This document shows, one piece after another, positions 27,508 through 32,000 of a DNA stretch of 32,000 bases. The first letter of the stretch is position 1. Each line of letters begins with the position of its first letter. Origin of the DNA: Moraxella nasovis (GTDB lineage: Bacteria; Pseudomonadota; Gammaproteobacteria; Pseudomonadales; Moraxellaceae); contig NZ_CP089976.1 of NCBI RefSeq assembly GCF_022701215.1, positions 720,001-752,000 of the forward strand, written 5' to 3'. The translations under genes were made by a program, and so were the position numbers. Under the pieces are notes generated by a model. The model did not search any database. It saw only the letters and a program-made list of their open reading frames with translations, and was not told where the DNA came from.

Positions 27508-28815
27508 ATGACCGTGCAGGCGTTACAACACTTTGACCGCACCCATCTTTGGCACCCTTATGCCAGCCTACCGCCTGCTTATGATAATCTTGTGGTCAGC
27601 CATGCTGATGGCGTGTGCCTTTATTTGGCGGACGGCACTCAGCTGATAGATGGTATGTCATCATGGTGGGCAGCAATTCATGGCTACAATCACCCTGTGT
27701 TAAATCACGCCATTACCAAACAATTATCCAAGATGAGTCATGTGATGTTTGGCGGTTTAACTCACACCCCTGCCATCACACTTGGCGAGAAACTGCTTGG
27801 CATCACCCCCAAAAACTTAACCAAAATTTTCTATGCCGATTCAGGTTCGGTGGCAGTAGAAATCGCCCTAAAAATGGCGTTGCAATACCACATTGCAAAA
27901 CAAAACCCCACAAAAAACACCTTCGCCAGTACGCATTCAGGCTATCATGGCGACACATGGCACGCCATGAGCGTGTGCGACCCCATCAACAGTATGCACA
28001 CATTATATGGCACAAAACTACCTACGCAATATTTTTTGCCCAAACCACCTACAGGCTTTGACACGCCACTAGATGATGAAACCAAAGCACAAATGGCAGA
28101 TTTTTTTGTGCGTCATCATGCAACATTGGCAGGCTTTATCATTGAGCCTATCGTACAGGGTGCGGGAGGTATGCGGTTTTATAGCCCAGAATATCTATCA
28201 TATTTACATTCTTTGTGTCAGTATTATGATGTCTTGCTAATTTGTGATGAAATCGCCACAGGCTTTGGGCGGACAGGGGCAATGTTTGGGGTAAATCACG
28301 CCAATATCTGCCCAGACATCATGACCCTAGGCAAGGCTTTGACAGGGGGTATGATGAGCTTTGGGGTGGTGATGACAACCGACAATGTCGCCCTAAGCAT
28401 TCATCACAGCGACTGCCCCACGCTCATGCACGGTCCAACCTTTATGGGCAATCCTTTGGCGTGTGGTGTGGCATCTGCAAGCATTGATTTGGTGCATGAA
28501 TACAACACGCCCCACCTTGCCAAACTCATGCAAGCCAAATTAGAAACTCATTTGGCGGTATGCCAAGACTGGGAACAGGTAGCAGATGTGCGATGCTTGG
28601 GGGCGATTGGCGTGATTGAAATGAAAATCCCAATAAATATGCCCATCTTTCAATCGCTACTGCCCAAATATGGCATTTGGGTGCGACCTTTTGGTCAATT
28701 GGTATATCTTATGCCCCCAATCGTGATGGGCGATGATGATTTGGCATATTTATGCACACAGCTTGTGGCATTGTTGGCAGAATACCTAAACAAAACTTGC
28801 GTAACAGCTGATTAA
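27508..28815 (+). CDS. bioA: Adenosylmethionine-8-amino-7-oxononanoate aminotransferase
   Basis: This 435-aa ORF has HLWHPY, SSWWAAIHGYNHP, DSGSVAVEIALKMA, LICDEIATGFGRTG and TLGKALTGG (PLP Lys). bioD follows it. Confidence 0.94.
   Translation: MTVQALQHFDRTHLWHPYASLPPAYDNLVVSHADGVCLYLADGTQLIDGMSSWWAAIHGYNHPVLNHAITKQLSKMSHVMFGGLTHTPAITLGEKLLGITPKNLTKIFYADSGSVAVEIALKMALQYHIAKQNPTKNTFASTHSGYHGDTWHAMSVCDPINSMHTLYGTKLPTQYFLPKPPTGFDTPLDDETKAQMADFFVRHHATLAGFIIEPIVQGAGGMRFYSPEYLSYLHSLCQYYDVLLICDEIATGFGRTGAMFGVNHANICPDIMTLGKALTGGMMSFGVVMTTDNVALSIHHSDCPTLMHGPTFMGNPLACGVASASIDLVHEYNTPHLAKLMQAKLETHLAVCQDWEQVADVRCLGAIGVIEMKIPINMPIFQSLLPKYGIWVRPFGQLVYLMPPIVMGDDDLAYLCTQLVALLAEYLNKTCVTAD
27530..27627 (+). 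repeat. Right copy of the 98-bp direct repeat, inside the intact bioA
   Basis: See the left copy at 26474-26571. Confidence 0.95.
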
Positions 28816-28854
28816 ACAACCACAAAAACAGACGGACAAAACGGACAAAATAAC

Positions 28855-29526
28855 ATGAGTGTTTATTTCATCACAGGCATAGATACTGACATTGGCAAGA
28901 CTTATGCCACAGGTGTGCTGGCTCGTGAGTTTATCAAGCTGGGCAAATCGGTCATCACCCAAAAACTTGTACAAACAGGCGTAACAGGGCAAGTGGCGGA
29001 CGACATCATTACGCACCGACAGCTTATGGGCATTAGCTTGCAGGATACGGATACAGATGGTACGACTTGTCCAATGATGTTTGCCAAGCCTGCCAGCCCC
29101 CATTTATCAGCTCGCCTAGAAAATAAAACGATAGATACCGCCATCATCACCAAGGCAACTCAAAGGCTACAAAGCCATTATGACATCGTCCTACTAGAAG
29201 GGGCAGGCGGTGTTTTGGTGCCGATGAGCGATGAATTATTGACATTAGACCATATCGCCCACTGTGGCTACCCTGTCATCATCGTAACATCGGCTCGCCT
29301 AGGCAGTATCAACCATACCCTACTTAGCCTAGAAGCCATCGCCAATCGGGGGCTTGATGTGGCAGGCGTTGTGTTTAATCATTATTTTGATGGCGATGAT
29401 GACATCAGTGCCGACACGCTAAATTATCTAAAAAATCATGTGGCACGGCATTATCCGAGTGCATTATTTATGGAACTTATGGGCGATAAGATTGTAGGCT
29501 TTGGTGATATGGCAGATAGATTTTAA
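28855..29526 (+). CDS. bioD: Dethiobiotin synthase
   Basis: This 223-aa ORF has the P-loop-like MSVYFITGIDTDIGKT, plus EGAGGVLVP and GSINHTLLS. Confidence 0.93.
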   Translation: MSVYFITGIDTDIGKTYATGVLAREFIKLGKSVITQKLVQTGVTGQVADDIITHRQLMGISLQDTDTDGTTCPMMFAKPASPHLSARLENKTIDTAIITKATQRLQSHYDIVLLEGAGGVLVPMSDELLTLDHIAHCGYPVIIVTSARLGSINHTLLSLEAIANRGLDVAGVVFNHYFDGDDDISADTLNYLKNHVARHYPSALFMELMGDKIVGFGDMADRF

Positions 29527-30320
29527 CGCACTTTATAATACCACTCATGTCGCACCCCAAAGCCAATCTCCATCAAACTTGCCAATATCCGCCCTGTCAG
29601 CCCCCAAATCACTTCTACTTGCCCATCATCATTGCAGTCATAGACCCAGGCAGGGGTGTGTAGTTTGGTGTTGTCCGCCTGTCCGTCAAACACATAATCC
29701 GCAGGCGGTGCATTTAGCACATCAATCGGCAACCAAAATATCCGTGCTATCTCGTCAGGATTAGATGTCAGTCCATCTGCCACAGACGGCGACACACACG
29801 CCACCACAGGACGCACCAAAAGACCTGATTTAGAAACCTGCATGGGTAAATAGCCGAGCACAGTTACGTCCTTTGATGCCAAACCGACTTCTTCATAGGC
29901 TTCACGCAAGGCGACACCAATAGAATTTAGGTCCGCATCATCACGCTTACCACCCACCAAAGACACTTCGCCTGCATGGCTATTTAGGTGGTATGACCGC
30001 CGTGTCAAAAGCAGTTTTGGGCAATTTTCGTCCGTAATGACAATCAGCACGCACGCCTGTGGCAAAAAGTGATTATTTAAAAGATTTTGGCATTTTTTGA
30101 TTGGTTTGCCTTTGATTGGTTTGCTTTTGATTATTTTGTCTTTGATTGAGCCTGTCAAAAGCTCATTATTTTGTGTCAATGGCAATATATCCACGCCTTG
30201 ATAATTACTCAAATGTTGGGATAACTCATAAAAACGGTGCGATGGTAACACATCAATCATCGCTTTATCCGTATATATTTGTTGGCGATAGTTTTGAAAA
30301 TCATTTGTCATTTGTGGCAT
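29523..30320 (-). CDS. Nudix hydrolase, CoA pyrophosphatase (NudL-like) with an N-terminal extension
   Basis: LLLTRRSYHLNSHAGEVSLVGGKRD resembles the CoA-pyrophosphatase signature, and it is followed by the Nudix box ALREAYEEVGL. At 265 aa it is longer than the typical length of about 190 aa. Its stop overlaps the bioD stop. Confidence 0.78.
   Translation of the reverse strand: MPQMTNDFQNYRQQIYTDKAMIDVLPSHRFYELSQHLSNYQGVDILPLTQNNELLTGSIKDKIIKSKPIKGKPIKKCQNLLNNHFLPQACVLIVITDENCPKLLLTRRSYHLNSHAGEVSLVGGKRDDADLNSIGVALREAYEEVGLASKDVTVLGYLPMQVSKSGLLVRPVVACVSPSVADGLTSNPDEIARIFWLPIDVLNAPPADYVFDGQADNTKLHTPAWVYDCNDDGQVEVIWGLTGRILASLMEIGFGVRHEWYYKVR
30096..30148. repeat. Imperfect 15-bp tandem repeat (about 3.5 units) inside the NudL-like gene
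   Basis: The units are TTTGATTGGTTTGCC, TTTGATTGGTTTGCT, TTTGATTATTTTGTC and a partial TTTGATTG. On the minus strand they encode the ...IKDKIIKSKPIKGKPIKK... pentapeptide periodicity. Confidence 0.85.
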
Positions 30321-30381
30321 TTTCCATTACACTTAACCTTTCATTATTATAGCTTAACTCATCAGTTTCACGCCTGTTATT

Positions 30382-30957
30382 ATGTCTTTTTGTTTGCAAT
30401 GTGGTAGCACAGCCACACTCACCATTCCTGATGGCGACCAACGTGAACGCTTGGTTTGCGGTGCGTGCGGTCATATTCATTATGAAAACCCCAAGATGAT
30501 TTGTGGGGTGCTTGCCGTACATGATGGCAAGATTTTATTGTGCAAAAGAGCCATTGAACCACGATTTGGGTTTTGGACATTGCCAGCAGGCTTTATGGAG
30601 CTTGGTGAGACGATGGCAGATGGTGCAAGGCGAGAGACGCTAGAAGAAGCAGACGGCGTGGCGACAGATTTACGGCTGTTTGCCCTGTTTGATTTACCCC
30701 ATCTTGGGCAGATTCATGCCATGTATCTTGCCAAGCTAAAAGATGGCAGATTTGGCGTGGGGGCAGAAAGTCTAGAATGCAGATTATTTTATCCTGATGA
30801 AATTGATATGGCGAATTTGGCATTTAAAACCGTACGCCAAACCATAGAATACTATCTAAACGATAAAGCTGCCTTAGAACAACAGGCAAAAAATAGTGAT
30901 GATTTTGCTCATTATCCTTGCCATCAGATTTGTCTTTTTGACCGACCAAATCAATAA
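30382..30957 (+). CDS. Nudix hydrolase with an N-terminal zinc-ribbon
   Basis: The zinc ribbon has two CxxC pairs (CLQCG...CGACGHIHYENP). The Nudix box is PAGFMELGETMADGARRETLEEADGV. Confidence 0.8.
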   Translation: MSFCLQCGSTATLTIPDGDQRERLVCGACGHIHYENPKMICGVLAVHDGKILLCKRAIEPRFGFWTLPAGFMELGETMADGARRETLEEADGVATDLRLFALFDLPHLGQIHAMYLAKLKDGRFGVGAESLECRLFYPDEIDMANLAFKTVRQTIEYYLNDKAALEQQAKNSDDFAHYPCHQICLFDRPNQ

Positions 30958-30977
30958 AGAGGGTTAATGGCAAGAGA

Positions 30978-31008
30978 ATAAGGCACAGCCTAGAAGACCG
31001 TGCCTTAT
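30978..31008. terminator. Hairpin between the convergent Nudix and prlC genes (possible bidirectional terminator)
   Basis: ATAAGGCAC-N13-GTGCCTTAT is a perfect 9-bp stem, but the flanking A/T tracts are weak. Confidence 0.4.
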
Positions 31009-31013
31009 ATCAG

Positions 31014-32000
31014 TTATATGATTCCTTTTGCCTTTAATAAGGCTTCTAAATTCGGCTTGCGACCCATAAACTGCACAAACATATCCATCGGCTCTTCAAC
31101 ACCGCCTTTGGATAAGATGGCATCAACAAAGTCTTGACCTGTTTTGCCGTTGAGTACACCTTCTTTGACAAAACGAGTATAAGCATCGCTGGATAACACT
31201 TCTGACCACAGATAACTATAATACCCTGCCGCATAACCGCCTGAGAAAATGTGATTAAAGCTATGAGCGGTACGCACCCACTTAGGCTCGCCAATGACCG
31301 AAACGTGCTTGCGAATGTCTTCACGGATACGCTCCATCGTGTTTGTGTCGCCTTTTTTGTATTCGGTATTAAGTCGCATATCAAACAGTGCGTATTCTAG
31401 CTGACGCACCATGCCCATCGCCGCTTGATAGTTTTTGGCAGCAATCATTTTATCAATAATCGCCTTTGGAATGGGTTCTTTGGTCTGATAATGTTCGCTC
31501 ATCAGCACCAACGACTCAGTATTCCACAACCAATTTTCTAGCATTTGACTAGGAAATTCCACAGCGTCCCAAGGTACGGACGTACCTGATAATGCCAACA
31601 CGTCCACTTGGGTTAGCATACTGTGTAGCCCATGCCCAAATTCATGAAATAGCGTCTCTGCTTCATCATGAAGCAATAAAGCAGGCTCGCCTTGATTGGG
31701 TGGACGAAAATTACACACAATCGTTGAGACGGGCAACTGAATTGTGCCATCTGGCTTTTTATAATGTTTTATCGCAGCACTGTGCCACGCCCCAGAACGC
31801 TTGTCATCACGAGCATACAAATCCAAATAAAAGGACGCAATGTGTCTGCCGTCTTTATACATCTCAAAAAAGCGGACGTCAGGATTCACCACCGACACGC
31901 CAGATTTTTCGCTGATATCCACACCAAACAGACGATGAGTAATCTTGAACATACCAGACAGCACTTTATCAATGGGGAAATACACTCGCAAGGCTTCGGT
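31014..32000 (-). CDS. prlC: Oligopeptidase A (M3 family zinc metallopeptidase), C-terminal part; the gene continues beyond the window end
   Basis: It has the HEFGH zinc motif, an M3-type C-terminal domain (SHIFSGGYAAGYYSYLWSEVLS) and ends ...LKAKGII*. The track start at 31991 is a TTG inside the frame, and the frame stays open to position 32000. Confidence 0.9.
   Translation of the reverse strand, partial: TEALRVYFPIDKVLSGMFKITHRLFGVDISEKSGVSVVNPDVRFFEMYKDGRHIASFYLDLYARDDKRSGAWHSAAIKHYKKPDGTIQLPVSTIVCNFRPPNQGEPALLLHDEAETLFHEFGHGLHSMLTQVDVLALSGTSVPWDAVEFPSQMLENWLWNTESLVLMSEHYQTKEPIPKAIIDKMIAAKNYQAAMGMVRQLEYALFDMRLNTEYKKGDTNTMERIREDIRKHVSVIGEPKWVRTAHSFNHIFSGGYAAGYYSYLWSEVLSSDAYTRFVKEGVLNGKTGQDFVDAILSKGGVEEPMDMFVQFMGRKPNLEALLKAKGII

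Noticed and set aside
27615-28061. A 148-aa alternative-frame ORF lies inside bioA.
   Set aside because: It is same-strand and out of frame within a conserved enzyme gene. Its translation is Arg/His-rich and not protein-like.
30096-30148. The tandem repeat, considered as a CRISPR or minisatellite locus.
   Set aside because: The 15-bp units are contiguous with no spacers and lie inside a coding region, so this is not a CRISPR array.

Overview
The window looks like chromosomal DNA from a gammaproteobacterium. A Moraxellaceae-like origin is a guess from composition and protein similarity only. About 28 protein genes are dense on both strands, and I saw no rRNA, tRNA, CRISPR array or transposase. 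Most of the window is housekeeping: msrAB, amiE-amiB, glcB, aceA, ppaC, glyA, ccmCDE, metNIQ, ssb, uvrA, nadD-rsfS, ltaE, bioA-bioD, two Nudix genes and a partial prlC. Two regions stand out. (1) Positions 1-3709 on the minus strand hold a complete RiPP metallophore operon. It encodes a Sec-signal precursor with eight Cys in four CX4C doublets, a DUF692/MNIO enzyme, a DUF2063 partner, a DoxX membrane protein, an ECF sigma factor and a probable anti-sigma start. This is the recently described HvfA/bufferin type, here with a variant precursor motif, and it sits directly downstream of a periplasmic Trx-MsrA-MsrB lipoprotein gene. (2) Positions 26461-27627 hold a recombination scar. A 5' bioA fragment is fused in frame, apart from one TAG, to a divergent 3' rsfS fragment. 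An A+T-rich gene for a secreted 179-aa protein follows. The block is bracketed by 98-bp direct repeats that match at 97 of 98 positions. Smaller oddities include a 44-aa C-terminal tail on GlyA, a stand-alone ccmCDE module, a very long N/Q/G-rich SSB linker, structured intergenic hairpins and an in-frame 15-bp tandem repeat in a Nudix gene. All calls come from reading the translations and sequence by eye. No database search was run.
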